Origin: an uncultured Propionimicrobium sp.
GTDB taxonomy: Bacteria; Actinomycetota; Actinomycetes; Propionibacteriales; Propionibacteriaceae
DNA: 64,000 nucleotides
Assembly: GCA_963511305.1 (NCBI GenBank)
Contig: CAUPIJ010000002.1
Coordinates: 40,034-104,033 of the forward strand
Direction: 5' to 3'
The notes under the pieces were generated by a model. The model made no database searches. It worked only from the letters and a program-made list of their open reading frames with translations, and was not told the DNA's origin. The position numbers were made by a program, and so were the translations under genes. This document shows, in pieces, positions 8,978-18,770 of this stretch; the first letter of the stretch is position 1, and every line of letters starts with the position of its first letter.

Positions 8978-9280
8978 ATGCTAGTTGCGTTTTCTATCAG
9001 CCCATCCAGCTCAGGTGAGGACGGATCCGTCCACGAGGCCGTCGCGGCCGCAGTGAAAGTGGTTCGTGATTCCGGCCTGCCAAACGAGACCACCGCGATG
9101 TTCACCACCGTCGAGGGGGAGTGGGACGAGTGCATGAAGGTCGTCAAGGATGCCTGCGATGCGGTCGCCGCCTTCGGCCCCAGAGTTTCCCTGGTGTTGA
9201 AGGCCGACATTCGTGGCGACCGCACCGGCGAGCTTCAAGGCAAGGTCGATCGGCTAGAGAGGGCTCTCGAAGAGCTTTAG
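8978..9280 (+). CDS. MTH1187/YkoF family (DUF77) thiamine-binding-like protein
   Basis: 100 aa. Shows the family pattern MLVAFSISP....GSV...VAAAV.VV..SGL.....AMFTTVEGEWDE. Confidence 0.72.
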   Translation: MLVAFSISPSSSGEDGSVHEAVAAAVKVVRDSGLPNETTAMFTTVEGEWDECMKVVKDACDAVAAFGPRVSLVLKADIRGDRTGELQGKVDRLERALEEL

Positions 9281-10719
9281 ATGCCGTCTACCGAGGCGAT
9301 TCGGCCCTCCTGGATTGCCTTCACGAACTTCGCGTGGTCGGCCTCGTTCTGGTCGGCGTAGGCGCGCGCGAAATCGCACATGGCCACGGCCAACTTGTCG
9401 GACTTGCCGATGTAGCCGGTGATCATCGAGGCGCCAGAGGTTCGAGCGTGCGACTTGGCCATTATCAATCCCAGCACGCCCGCGTAGTCGGCGAGCGCCT
9501 TCGGGTCGAGGCCGTCGATCAGAATCGCGCCCTTCATGTTACGCCACTGACGAACGTAGAATTGCACCGGCCCGGAGCCTTCATCCAGGCCCTCGTCGTC
9601 CGGATCGTATTGGCCCAGAGCGGGCGTCGACGTCCAACCGAGCAGCGGGTCGCTGACCGTCTGCAGCGCCTGCTGATATTCCACCACGCGCTGTCCTTGA
9701 TGGGAGTGCAGCGGAACCTTGCCGTGGACGTGCTTGGCCAGCACCGAGCGCCGGGCCTGCTTGAGCTGCAGGAATAGGACGTCCTCGGGGCTCGAGCCCT
9801 GCAGCAGGGCGAGGTAGCTGCGCAGGCCGACCGAACCGACACCAACCACCTTGTGTGCGACGTCGACCAGTGTGTAACCGCCCAGAATCCGCTGCCACTG
9901 CGGCTGCAGCGTTTCGAGATACTGGTCGAGCGCGGTGGCCAGTTGTTCGGCACGGGCGGGAGAGGTGTGGATGAACAGCGGCGGATCGTCGATGATCTTG
10001 CGCTTTCCATCCGGCTTTTCTTTGGTGATCTTCGGCAGCGAGCGATCCGAGGTGCGCCTGCGTGCCTTCTTTACTGCGCGCGCGATTTCGGAATGCAGCG
10101 CGGTCTCGTTTACTGTCTCCTTCAGCCTGTCAACGTCAAGGCGGTTGAACGACCTGGCGAGCAACGCCTGGGTAGCTAACCAGCGAAGTTCGTCGCGATA
10201 CTCGATGACGCAGTTCATCACGGCCTCGCGGCAGTCTTCCTCGCTGACGCCATTATCGCGGCCGGCGATCCAGATGCTGGCGACCAGGCGCCGCAGATCC
10301 CATTCCCAAGGGCCGGGGTGAGCCTCGTCGAAGTCGTTGACGTCCAGAACTAGCTCGCCTTCGGAGGAGCGGTAAAAGCCGAAGTTGCCCATGTGTGCGT
10401 CGCCGCAGACCACGGGCTTGATGCCTGTGTAGGGCAGCTCGGCGCAGTCATCGGCGAAGATGCTAGCCGCGCCGCGGAAGAAACCGTACGGCGAGGTCGC
10501 CATCCTGCCGTGCCGCAGCGGCACCAGCATGGCCACTCTGCCGAAGTCGGAGTCGATGATCTGCTGCACGGGGTCGACTCGGTTTTCGCTTGCCCGCCAG
10601 ATGCCGAGGTCTTTGCGCGATACTTTCTCTCGCAACCCCTTGCCGTACGCTAGGCGCTCCGGGCGGGTGGACCGCTGCTTGGTCAGCGTTGGTTTAGCGA
10701 GAGGGTTGAAAGTTTCCAT
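9277..10719 (-). CDS. DUF2252 domain-containing protein
   Basis: 480 aa. RHGRMATSPYGFFRGAA...CGDAHMGNFGFY...LVLDVNDFDEAHPGPWEWDLRRLVAS matches the DUF2252 signature as I remember it. Confidence 0.8.
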   Translation of the reverse strand: METFNPLAKPTLTKQRSTRPERLAYGKGLREKVSRKDLGIWRASENRVDPVQQIIDSDFGRVAMLVPLRHGRMATSPYGFFRGAASIFADDCAELPYTGIKPVVCGDAHMGNFGFYRSSEGELVLDVNDFDEAHPGPWEWDLRRLVASIWIAGRDNGVSEEDCREAVMNCVIEYRDELRWLATQALLARSFNRLDVDRLKETVNETALHSEIARAVKKARRRTSDRSLPKITKEKPDGKRKIIDDPPLFIHTSPARAEQLATALDQYLETLQPQWQRILGGYTLVDVAHKVVGVGSVGLRSYLALLQGSSPEDVLFLQLKQARRSVLAKHVHGKVPLHSHQGQRVVEYQQALQTVSDPLLGWTSTPALGQYDPDDEGLDEGSGPVQFYVRQWRNMKGAILIDGLDPKALADYAGVLGLIMAKSHARTSGASMITGYIGKSDKLAVAMCDFARAYADQNEADHAKFVKAIQEGRIASVDGI

Positions 10720-10849
10720 AGCGGTATCTTGGCACTATCGCTTGTTCTTTTCTGAAAGTCCGTCGATTCTCTGTGACGTTGCTGTGCGGATATTGGTTTG
10801 GTGACGCCAAAGACTAGAATTAATTACGTAGTTTCTACTTAGGAGAAAA

Positions 10850-11614
10850 ATGCGAAGCAGTAACCCGGTGCTGACCAGGACGGATTTCGGCGCTGAGCAG
10901 CGTGGCTATGGCTACGATACCGCCCCCAGGGTGGCCGATTACGAGACCATGACTCTGCAGGACGTGATCAACAAGTCGTTCGTGTTGCTGATCTTGCTGG
11001 TCGGCGTTGCTATCGCAACCATCACTATCGTGCCGCTGCAGGCCATGCCCGGCGTCGCCGTTGTCTGCTCGGTCGCCGCACTAGTGGCGGCCCTCGTGGT
11101 CTCATTCCGGCGTCGGGTATCGCCGGTCGGCGTGCTCATCTATACGGTACTCGAGGGCGCGGTGATCGGCGCCTGGAGCTTCATCCTGGAGGTGATGTTT
11201 CCCGGTATCGTCTTCCAGGCGGTATTGGGCACGCTGATGGCAGCCGGCGCCACGTTCATCGCCTACCGCTTCGGCGGGGTGCGGGTGCGCGGAAAGTTCG
11301 CCCGCGGCGTCGTGATCGCGATGTTCGCCTACGTCGGCGTGGCTGTGGTCAACCTCGTGCTGTCGCTTTTCGGTGTCGGCTTCGGTTGGGGAGCCGTCGG
11401 GCCCAACGCGGGCATGATCGCTTGGCTTTCGGCCGGCATCGGCGTCGTCCTGGCCGTCGCGAGTCTGGTGATGGACTTCGACGAGATCGAGCGCGGTGTG
11501 CGCTCCGGTGCGCCCAGGCAGGAATCCTGGCGCGCGGCCTTCGGCCTGATGGTGACGATGATCTGGCTCTACACGCAGATCCTGCGGATATTGAGCTTCT
11601 TCCGAAGCGAATGA
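10850..11614 (+). CDS. Bax inhibitor-1/YccA family membrane protein
   Basis: 254 aa with about 7 TM. The N-terminus SNPVL...... and the C-terminal FGLMVTMIWLYTQILRILSF are typical of the family. Confidence 0.82.
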   Translation: MRSSNPVLTRTDFGAEQRGYGYDTAPRVADYETMTLQDVINKSFVLLILLVGVAIATITIVPLQAMPGVAVVCSVAALVAALVVSFRRRVSPVGVLIYTVLEGAVIGAWSFILEVMFPGIVFQAVLGTLMAAGATFIAYRFGGVRVRGKFARGVVIAMFAYVGVAVVNLVLSLFGVGFGWGAVGPNAGMIAWLSAGIGVVLAVASLVMDFDEIERGVRSGAPRQESWRAAFGLMVTMIWLYTQILRILSFFRSE

Positions 11615-11698
11615 TAGTTAACTAAATAATTTGAGAGGACAGCCGCCGGCTGGCCTCTCTTTTCTTTCTGGTGCTGTTATCTGACCAGGTCTTGCGAG

Positions 11699-12394
11699 TT
11701 AGATTTCGGGCACTTCGGACAGATGCCTGTCCAGCGTGGAACGTACCCACGACGACCACGGCAGCTGACGCCAGTTGTTTTCTGGCACCCAATCGGCCGA
11801 CAGAGTAGTCCCGCCGATTTCCGTGACGCGGGGCCGGGTCGGGTGACGGCAGGTGGCGCTGTAGACGATCCGAACGGCCTGAAAATCCTCCAGGGTGCCG
11901 TTTGGTGCGCGACCGACCCAGTGATCGGATTGGATATCGAGCAGCCGATCGAGCTCCACCGTTTGCGCGGTCTCTTCCTCGATCTCGCGCAGCAAGCCCT
12001 CACTAGGGCTTTCGCCGGCCTCGACCCCGCCGCCGGGCAGTTGCCAGAATTTTGGGACGGTCTCGTGCGGCGAGCAGACCGTGCCGAGCACGCCGAACTT
12101 CGAGCGCACGATGGCGTATGCCGCGATTCGCTGGCGAACCAGGGGGCTCTCGCCGTCTTGGATGACGAGGTGCGGGTCGACGCCACGGGCTTTGTAGTTC
12201 GGCGGCCGGGTGCGTTGCGTTTTGCCGGCCACCTGAGCGGTGATCACGATCTCGTCGTCGATCAGCTGGGCCGAAAGTAGTTTGGAAACCACGTAGCCGG
12301 ACTTCCAAAGCAGCATTTTTGGATCCAGGCCATGAGAGACACGAAGATTAACGGAAACAGGCGCGCCGGGCGCAGTTACTCCAATAATCCTCAT
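11699..12394 (-). CDS. NUDIX hydrolase
   Basis: 231 aa with the Nudix box WQLPGGGVEAGESPSEGLLREIEEETA. Confidence 0.82.
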   Translation of the reverse strand: MRIIGVTAPGAPVSVNLRVSHGLDPKMLLWKSGYVVSKLLSAQLIDDEIVITAQVAGKTQRTRPPNYKARGVDPHLVIQDGESPLVRQRIAAYAIVRSKFGVLGTVCSPHETVPKFWQLPGGGVEAGESPSEGLLREIEEETAQTVELDRLLDIQSDHWVGRAPNGTLEDFQAVRIVYSATCRHPTRPRVTEIGGTTLSADWVPENNWRQLPWSSWVRSTLDRHLSEVPEI

Positions 12395-12426
12395 ATAGCC
12401 ATCATGGCATCTAGGCCAAATTTTTC

Positions 12427-13308
12427 CTATCGTTCGGAAATGGCATGGCCGTCAAGCGAAATGATTTCCTCGCTACCGGAAATGCTCAAATTAATGTATG
12501 GCTCGGGAGCTTCCTCGGGCTGCTTGATCACCACAGTGTACGTGAGCTCCTGCTCATTGGCTGCGGAGAGCTTCTCCGCCAACACGCTCGGTATGATGCC
12601 CGCCGGGTCGAACTGCTGGTCGCTAACGGTCTGCTTGCGCTTGATCGAATAGACCGGCACCGCGCTCTTGCGGATTCTGCGTTCGACGGTCTGCTCCGAG
12701 CTAACTACGTCGACCCAGAGCTGGTCTGCGCTGATGCCCACGGCCAACACCTCGCTCGAGCTGCCGACGGCCTCGCTCAGGCCAGCGGTGATGCCGGCCT
12801 CTGTGGAGTAGTCGAGCGGCATGATGACGCTGCCGTCCGGGCGGAAGAATACGGTGGAGCTTTCCGGAGTGGTGTTGACCGTCATCATGATATTGGAGTT
12901 CGAATACTCTGTGATTTGCAGTTCCTGGTTGTCGCTCTTCCCGCTGATCCGGGCGGCCTGATCGAATATGGCGCCGACGTCCCTCAGGTTGAAGTCTTTC
13001 GGGTCAAAGCTAGACGAAACTACCGTGTCTGTGCCCTCATCCTGCGTGGTAGTAGTGCCGTCGTGCCAGATGAGCGAGACCGGGCGCGACCAATCGTCGA
13101 CGTAGGTCAGGCGGACTCTGTCCTGGGTGATGGTCAGCCGCACCACGCTGGAGTGCTCGGGCAACTCCTGCAGCAGGGTGTCGACCACGCCCTGCGCCAG
13201 ACCCGGCGAACGCAAGTCCGGGCCGGGGGTTGGCTCCGGCTCCTCGGCGTCTCCGCAGCCGGCCACCAGCGCCAGCAGCAGCATCGCCAACACGGCTAGC
13301 TTCTTCAT
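12427..13308 (-). CDS. Hypothetical lipoprotein
   Basis: 293 aa with N-terminal MKKLAVLAMLLLALVAGCGD (signal peptide plus lipobox). The plus-strand ORF 12445-13299 is Arg/His/Gly-rich and antisense-like. Confidence 0.65.
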   Translation of the reverse strand: MKKLAVLAMLLLALVAGCGDAEEPEPTPGPDLRSPGLAQGVVDTLLQELPEHSSVVRLTITQDRVRLTYVDDWSRPVSLIWHDGTTTTQDEGTDTVVSSSFDPKDFNLRDVGAIFDQAARISGKSDNQELQITEYSNSNIMMTVNTTPESSTVFFRPDGSVIMPLDYSTEAGITAGLSEAVGSSSEVLAVGISADQLWVDVVSSEQTVERRIRKSAVPVYSIKRKQTVSDQQFDPAGIIPSVLAEKLSAANEQELTYTVVIKQPEEAPEPYINLSISGSEEIISLDGHAISER

Positions 13309-13398
13309 GTGCTAAAGCGTACTAGCTTGCTGATAGCGCGCATATCGCCAGGTACAAGCAAGAATAGCTACTTGTTGGTTCTGGTAAGATTTATTCTC

Positions 13399-13956
13399 AT
13401 GGAGCTAAAAGTTGGACAGGTAGTTATTCATCCCCATCACGGGCCTGCCAAGGTAACCGACATTTACAGTCGTACGGTTAAGGGCGAGGAAGTCGAATAC
13501 GCGGACCTCGAGGTGCAGGGTAATAAACTACACGTCAGCTTGCCGACCGCGAACGCCGAGGAAATCGGCATTCGTGACGTGGCTGGCCGCGAAGAGCTCG
13601 GTGAGCTAACTGACGTTCTTTGCGCTCCGACTGTTAATGAAGAAAAGCAGTGGTCGCGCCGCTACAAGGCCAATCGCGCCGCGATGGCCACTGGCGATCC
13701 GCTGCAGCTCGCCACCGTGGTGCGCGACCTGGTGCGCAGGCGCGAACGATCCTCGCTTTCTCTCGGCGAGCGTGATCTGCTCCGTGAGGCCTCCGCGCCG
13801 CTAATTGCCGAGATCGCCATCGCCATGAAGGTCACTGAGGAAGAGGCCCAAGAGGCCATGTTCTCAATGATCATGGAGGAATCCGACAAGGTGCTCGACG
13901 ACATCGACAGTTCCGAGCAGCAGAAGGACAAGAAGCCGGCTAAGAAAGCCAAGTAA
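13399..13956 (+). CDS. carD: CarD family transcriptional regulator
   Basis: ATG at 13399. MELKVGQVVIHPHHGPAKV... is canonical CarD. The product is 185 aa with an acidic/lysine-rich C-terminal tail. Confidence 0.88.
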   Translation: MELKVGQVVIHPHHGPAKVTDIYSRTVKGEEVEYADLEVQGNKLHVSLPTANAEEIGIRDVAGREELGELTDVLCAPTVNEEKQWSRRYKANRAAMATGDPLQLATVVRDLVRRRERSSLSLGERDLLREASAPLIAEIAIAMKVTEEEAQEAMFSMIMEESDKVLDDIDSSEQQKDKKPAKKAK

Positions 13957-13968
13957 AGCAGATAAAGC

Positions 13969-14652
13969 CTAATCAAGCGCCCAGTCGATCGGCTGGGCGC
14001 TTTGCTTTTCCAGCGCCTCGTTAGCCCTGCTGAATGGCCTGGAACCGAAGAACCCTCTTGATGCCGAAAGTGGGGACGGATGCGGTGACGCGATGATCGG
14101 CACTCCAGCTGTCTCCAACTGCGGCTGTAGGGTCTGGGCGTCCCGTCCCCACAGAATCGCCACCAGCGGGCCGCCGCGGGCGATCAGAGCATCGATGGCT
14201 CGTTGGGTGATGGGCTCCCAGCCCTTGCCTCGGTGCGCTGCAGGCTTTCGCGGTTGCACGGTCAGGCATCTGTTTAGCAGCAGCACGCCCTGTTCGAACC
14301 AGCCACCGAGATCCCCGTGTTGGGGCGGGACGATGCCCAGGTCGTCGTGCAGCTCGCGGTAAATGTTGATCAGGCTCTTGGGTAGCGGCCGGACGTTTCG
14401 ATCGACGGCGAAGCTCAGCCCGATGGCGTGTCCAGGGGTGGGGTAGGGGTCTTGCCCTACGATCAGCACTCGAACGTCCGCCAGCGGCCGCGTGAATGCT
14501 CGAAGCACCTTGTCGCCTGCGGGTAGATAGCCGCGTCCGGCGGCGATCTCGGCGCGCAGGAAATCTCCCATCGCGTGAATCTGGGGCTCGACGTCGGCGA
14601 GGGCAGTGGCCCAGTCGGGGGCGAGCAGCTCGGAGATCGGTTTGCGGGTCAT
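13969..14652 (-). CDS. ung: Uracil-DNA glycosylase (family 1)
   Basis: 227 aa with the [10 protein letters not shown] and [16 protein letters not shown] motifs. Confidence 0.93.
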   Translation of the reverse strand: MTRKPISELLAPDWATALADVEPQIHAMGDFLRAEIAAGRGYLPAGDKVLRAFTRPLADVRVLIVGQDPYPTPGHAIGLSFAVDRNVRPLPKSLINIYRELHDDLGIVPPQHGDLGGWFEQGVLLLNRCLTVQPRKPAAHRGKGWEPITQRAIDALIARGGPLVAILWGRDAQTLQPQLETAGVPIIASPHPSPLSASRGFFGSRPFSRANEALEKQSAQPIDWALD

Positions 14653-15807
14653 CTAGTTCTCCTTGAAAAACGGAGTTCGGACTGCGAAAAGGACTACCAA
14701 CAACATGATCGCAGAGCCCACCGCCATCGCTGCCTGCATGTCGAACAAGTCTAGGAGCGCGCCGGCCGCCAGCGGGCCGATGATGCTGCCGAGGTCCGAG
14801 AACATTTGGAAGACCGCGACCGGGGTGCCGCGCCCGGCGACGTCACCGACGATCGAGGCCGGGGCGGTGCCGAGCATGGAGGAGCCGATCGCAAAGACAC
14901 ACATCGCCACCGTCAGCCAGATGACGTTTGGCATTTGCGGGAAAATCAGGCTGGCCAGAGCGCAGATCAATAGCCCCGAGATCAATATCGGCTTGCGGCC
15001 GGCCTGGTCGACCGCCACGCCGACCGGGTTGATGACGAGCATTTGAACTGCCGCGGAGATCGCGAAGACGATTCCGGTGGTTGTGGTCGGCTGATCCAGT
15101 ACCTCGACGATCAGGATGGGAACCAGGGTGGAGCGCGCCCCGAAAGACTGCCAGCCGATGGTGAAGTTGGCCAGGCAAGCCAACTGGTACTTTCTGTTTC
15201 GCCAGACCTGACCCAGCGCCCCGCCCTCGCGACCCTTGCCGAAACGGCTGGGCGCCTGCAGCGCAAACATGCCAACTATCGCCCCAACAAGCAGGGTGGC
15301 TGCGTAGAAGAAGAACGGCGCGCGCAGCGAGATGGCGACGAAGACGGCCCCCACTGCGGGTCCTGCCATGTTGCCGATCAGAAACCCTGATTGGTAGACG
15401 GCCGTCGAGCGGCCGCGGTTCCTGGTGGTGGTCGCAGCGAAGAGCTGCGTCATGCCAGCGGTGGAAAACATCGCCGAGCCGATGCCGCCCGCCGCGCGCA
15501 TCAGCAGCAGTTGAACGTAGTCTTGCGCCATGCCGCAGCCGAAGCTGGAGGCGGCCACGATCAGCATTCCGATGCCCAGCGCCTTGCGCTCACCGATCTT
15601 GGTGTTGATAACGCCACAGAACGGGCCCATCGCCAGCCGAGTGATGGCGAAGAGTGAAACTATCGCGCCCACCTGCGTCGCAGATGCGCCGAAATCCCTG
15701 GCATATACAGGCAATACAGGCACGACTACGCCGAACCCCAGTGCCACCAGGAACGCGATTACCGTCAGCACCCAGGCGTCGCGGGGGATAGCTACTTTCT
15801 CAGCCAC
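14653..15807 (-). CDS. MFS transporter
   Basis: 384 aa with about 12 TM. The loop motif G..NTKIGERKAL is MFS-like. Confidence 0.82.
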   Translation of the reverse strand: MAEKVAIPRDAWVLTVIAFLVALGFGVVVPVLPVYARDFGASATQVGAIVSLFAITRLAMGPFCGVINTKIGERKALGIGMLIVAASSFGCGMAQDYVQLLLMRAAGGIGSAMFSTAGMTQLFAATTTRNRGRSTAVYQSGFLIGNMAGPAVGAVFVAISLRAPFFFYAATLLVGAIVGMFALQAPSRFGKGREGGALGQVWRNRKYQLACLANFTIGWQSFGARSTLVPILIVEVLDQPTTTTGIVFAISAAVQMLVINPVGVAVDQAGRKPILISGLLICALASLIFPQMPNVIWLTVAMCVFAIGSSMLGTAPASIVGDVAGRGTPVAVFQMFSDLGSIIGPLAAGALLDLFDMQAAMAVGSAIMLLVVLFAVRTPFFKEN

Positions 15808-15846
15808 GAATGTAAGGCTATCTCGCTTGGGGCTAAAGAGCTAAGA

Positions 15847-16980
15847 TTGGCTCATCCGAGGTTAGGAACGATATTGGCTACTTCGAAACTCGACGAATAC
15901 ACCCCCAAGGCACTCAAACTGGGCGCTGCTTGGAGCTGGCGCTTCCTGGTGATCGCCGGTGCCATCTTCGTGCTCTGGCAACTCGGTAGTTACCTGTCGG
16001 TGGTGGTCGTCCCGGTGATCCTGGCCGTCATGATAACTGCCGGTCTGGCCCCGATGCAGCGGGCTTTTATCAAGTGGCGCTGGCCGACCTGGCTAGCCGC
16101 GCTGGCTCCGATGCTCATTGTTTTTCTGATTTTTTGCGGCCTGGTGACGCTGGTCGGTGCCCAGATCGCCGGGCAGTGGGAAATGCTGGTCGACAAGGCA
16201 GTGGTTGGCTTCGGCAGCGTGGTCAAGTGGTTGGGCGAGGGTCCGCTACACGTCAGCCAGGAGCAGCTGAACGGTTGGCTCAATCAGGCCATCGAGGCGG
16301 CCAATAATTCTCGCAAGCAAATCGCCAGCGCCGCCGCGAGCGCGGGCAGCGGCATCGGTAAGTTCTTTGCCGGCGCAGCGACCTGCATCTTCGCCACCTT
16401 CTTCTTCATGAAGGACGGCCGCCGAATAATGAACAGGGCCGCCCGCAGGCTGCCGCACTACGCGCAAAAGAGCTTCGTGCCAGCGGTGCGAAACGGCTGG
16501 AAGTCGCTGGTGGTCTACATGCGCGCCGCGGTTATCGTGGCTGGCATCGACGGAGTCGGCGCCGGCATCGGTGCTCTCGTGCTGGGCTCCAACATGTGGC
16601 TGGCGATCCTGGTGCTGACATTCATCTGCTCGTTTGTGCCGCTGGTCGGCGCGTTCGTCGCCGGCACCATCGCGACGGTTGTCGTGCTTGTCACCCTGGG
16701 CTTCTGGAAGGCCGTCGTCATGCTGGTGGTCTTCGTCGCGGTGATGTCGATCGAATCCAACGTGCTGCAGCCGATGATCCTTGGACGCGCCGCCGAGATC
16801 CACCCGCTGCTGGTTCTGCTCGGCATCGCGGTCGGTAGCATCCTGGCCGGAATCGCCGGGGCGCTCTTCGCGATTCCCCTAGTCGCGTTCCTGTCGGGCA
16901 TGGTCCGGGAACTGATGGCGCAGTCTGACGCCAAGCGTAAGCAAGAAGGCACGGCTCTGACGCAGGTGACTGTCGAATAG
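15847..16980 (+). CDS. AI-2E family (PerM-like) transporter
   Basis: 377 aa, polytopic. Shows the typical C-terminal ...SIESNVLQPMILGRAAEIHPLLVLLGIAVGS. The TTG start is uncertain. Confidence 0.82.
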   Translation: MAHPRLGTILATSKLDEYTPKALKLGAAWSWRFLVIAGAIFVLWQLGSYLSVVVVPVILAVMITAGLAPMQRAFIKWRWPTWLAALAPMLIVFLIFCGLVTLVGAQIAGQWEMLVDKAVVGFGSVVKWLGEGPLHVSQEQLNGWLNQAIEAANNSRKQIASAAASAGSGIGKFFAGAATCIFATFFFMKDGRRIMNRAARRLPHYAQKSFVPAVRNGWKSLVVYMRAAVIVAGIDGVGAGIGALVLGSNMWLAILVLTFICSFVPLVGAFVAGTIATVVVLVTLGFWKAVVMLVVFVAVMSIESNVLQPMILGRAAEIHPLLVLLGIAVGSILAGIAGALFAIPLVAFLSGMVRELMAQSDAKRKQEGTALTQVTVE

Positions 16981-17136
16981 CTATTCACCCTCGATAGGGC
17001 TCGGCGGGGTTGAGGGCAGGCTCCAATGAAATGCGAACCAAGCAGCCGGCACAAGCTGGCATAAGACTTGGAGCTGACCTCGGCAACAAGGTCATACAAA
17101 CAAAAACAAATTAGTTTGTAACGGTAGGTTTGAGAC

Positions 17137-18081
17137 ATGGAAATCTCCATTAGCGCCATACTGCAGGCGGTTGCTGACCACGAAATCTCGGTCGAAGAGG
17201 CCGCCAAGAGGATAGCTCGACTCGTGCCGAGCAACAGCCGATTTCCGGCGGGTGGTTGGCCAGTGAGCTTCTACGATTCCATCGGGCCTTCTGATGACGA
17301 CGAGCCCAGCAACTTTGACGTCGCCGAGCTGGGAGAGGCCGCGGCTAGAAAGTTCGGCGAGGTCACCGAGAAGCTGGGGTCAGCGGTTAGTAGCGCGGCC
17401 AGGCTGCTGTTCGGCGATACCCAGCAGCCCCAGGAACAGGGAGAGCCAGCTCAGCAGCCCAGCGGGCCGACCAGCGATAGGCGTGCTCTACGCGCCCGGG
17501 TCAGCGCGGTCGGGCGAGACGTGAACATTGTGGCCGACGACAGCGTAGAGACCATCATGGTTCGGGGGCCGCACAAGACGCGCAGCCACGGAGACGTGCT
17601 CGAGGTGGTCAGTGAGGGCGATATCGCGCCGTCACTCAACGACCTGAAGATAACCGTGCTGCGCCGAGACGGAATCCGCAGCGGCAAGCAGCTTGAGGTG
17701 CGCATCAACCCGGGTCTGCTCCTGGACGTCGAACTGACCAGCGGCAGGCTCAGCGTCGAGGGTGTGCCCCGGCTGGGCAAGGTTCGGCTGACGGCCGGTT
17801 CGGTCCAGATCTCCGGTGTAAAAAACGTCGAGGACGCGCTGTTTCAGGCCAGCGGTTGCCACCTCGCGGGTAGCTTCGAGGAGGGCAACTCCAGCGTGAA
17901 GATCGAATCGGGCTCGGTCACCCTCGATCTAACCAATGCCGACGTGACAGTCACAGCCACCTCGCAGCTCGCCAAGATCAGCTGGCCAGGCGGTGCGAAG
18001 ATCGACGAATACGTCGCCGGCGACGGCCGTGGCCGACTGGCCTTGAGCGTGATTATGGGCAAGGCGAGCGTTAAGAGCTAG
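17137..18081 (+). CDS. Hypothetical protein (short helical N-terminus, acidic/Gln-rich linker, beta-strand-repeat C-terminal half; possibly DUF4097-like)
   Basis: 314-aa ORF with coding-like composition. The C-terminal half has repeated short V/L-x-V/I-x strands. Family assignment is a guess. Confidence 0.5.
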   Translation: MEISISAILQAVADHEISVEEAAKRIARLVPSNSRFPAGGWPVSFYDSIGPSDDDEPSNFDVAELGEAAARKFGEVTEKLGSAVSSAARLLFGDTQQPQEQGEPAQQPSGPTSDRRALRARVSAVGRDVNIVADDSVETIMVRGPHKTRSHGDVLEVVSEGDIAPSLNDLKITVLRRDGIRSGKQLEVRINPGLLLDVELTSGRLSVEGVPRLGKVRLTAGSVQISGVKNVEDALFQASGCHLAGSFEEGNSSVKIESGSVTLDLTNADVTVTATSQLAKISWPGGAKIDEYVAGDGRGRLALSVIMGKASVKS

Positions 18082-18120
18082 CCGCCCACAAGGTCGAATA
18101 ATCATCTAAACCAAAAGCTG

Positions 18121-18152
18121 CTCCCCACCCGCTGATCTCAGCTGGTGGGGAG
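18121..18152. terminator. Hairpin between convergent genes (17137-18081 and greA)
   Basis: Stem ctccccacc / ggtggggag flanked by aaaag on one side and caaaa on the other. It could terminate transcription in both directions. Confidence 0.5.
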
Positions 18153-18192
18153 CAAAATCATATTGGTTAAACCCGCTTAACCCTCAACGGGT

Positions 18193-18696
18193 TTAACCCT
18201 CAAAGGGTTCTACCTTGATGATTGTCACCTCGATGGACTTGCCGGTGGGTGCGGTATAGCTGACCTCGTCGCCCTTTGCGTGCCCAACTACGGCGGCCCC
18301 CAGCGGCGACTGCGGGCTGAATACCTGGGTCTCGATGTCATCGTCTAGGCCGAGCATCTCGCGGCTGCCCAGCAGGAAGGTGTCCGTGTCGTCTTCGTCG
18401 CCGAAATACGCCACCGTCACCAACGTGCCGACCGCGGCCTCGTCAGGATTCTTCGGGGCCTCGCCAACCTTGGCGAGCCTGAGAATGTGCTCTAGCTGGG
18501 TGATGCGGCTTTCCTGCTGGCCCTGCTCCTCGCGGGCGGCGTGGTAGCCGCCGTTCTCGGACAGGTCGCCCTCCGCGCGGGCAGCGGCGATTTTCGCGGA
18601 GACAGCTGGCCTGCCGACCTCTTTCAGGTAGGTCAATTCTTCTTCGAGCTTGTCGAACGCATCCTGGGTAAGCCAGATTTCTGTTTCTTCGGACAT
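18193..18696 (-). CDS. greA: Transcription elongation factor GreA
   Basis: 167 aa. Shows WLTQDAFDKLEEEL..L......ISAKIAAARAEGDLSENGGYHAAREEQ. Confidence 0.94.
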   Translation of the reverse strand: MSEETEIWLTQDAFDKLEEELTYLKEVGRPAVSAKIAAARAEGDLSENGGYHAAREEQGQQESRITQLEHILRLAKVGEAPKNPDEAAVGTLVTVAYFGDEDDTDTFLLGSREMLGLDDDIETQVFSPQSPLGAAVVGHAKGDEVSYTAPTGKSIEVTIIKVEPFEG

Positions 18697-18770
18697 TCTG
18701 TCAGCATAGCGCGAAAGGCAGAAAAGACGGTTTTTTAATTTTTTAAACTGCTATGACTAGCTGATTTGAG

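Noticed and set aside
12445-13299. 284-aa plus-strand ORF opposite the lipoprotein gene
   Set aside because: The minus-strand product has a clean signal peptide and lipobox and balanced composition. The plus-strand product is Arg/His/Gly/Leu-rich, with no start context.
16515-17234. 239-aa minus-strand ORF overlapping the AI-2E transporter 3' end and the start of the 17137 gene
   Set aside because: It overlaps two better-supported plus-strand genes. It is Ser/Thr/Ala/Met-rich, consistent with the antisense of a hydrophobic membrane protein.
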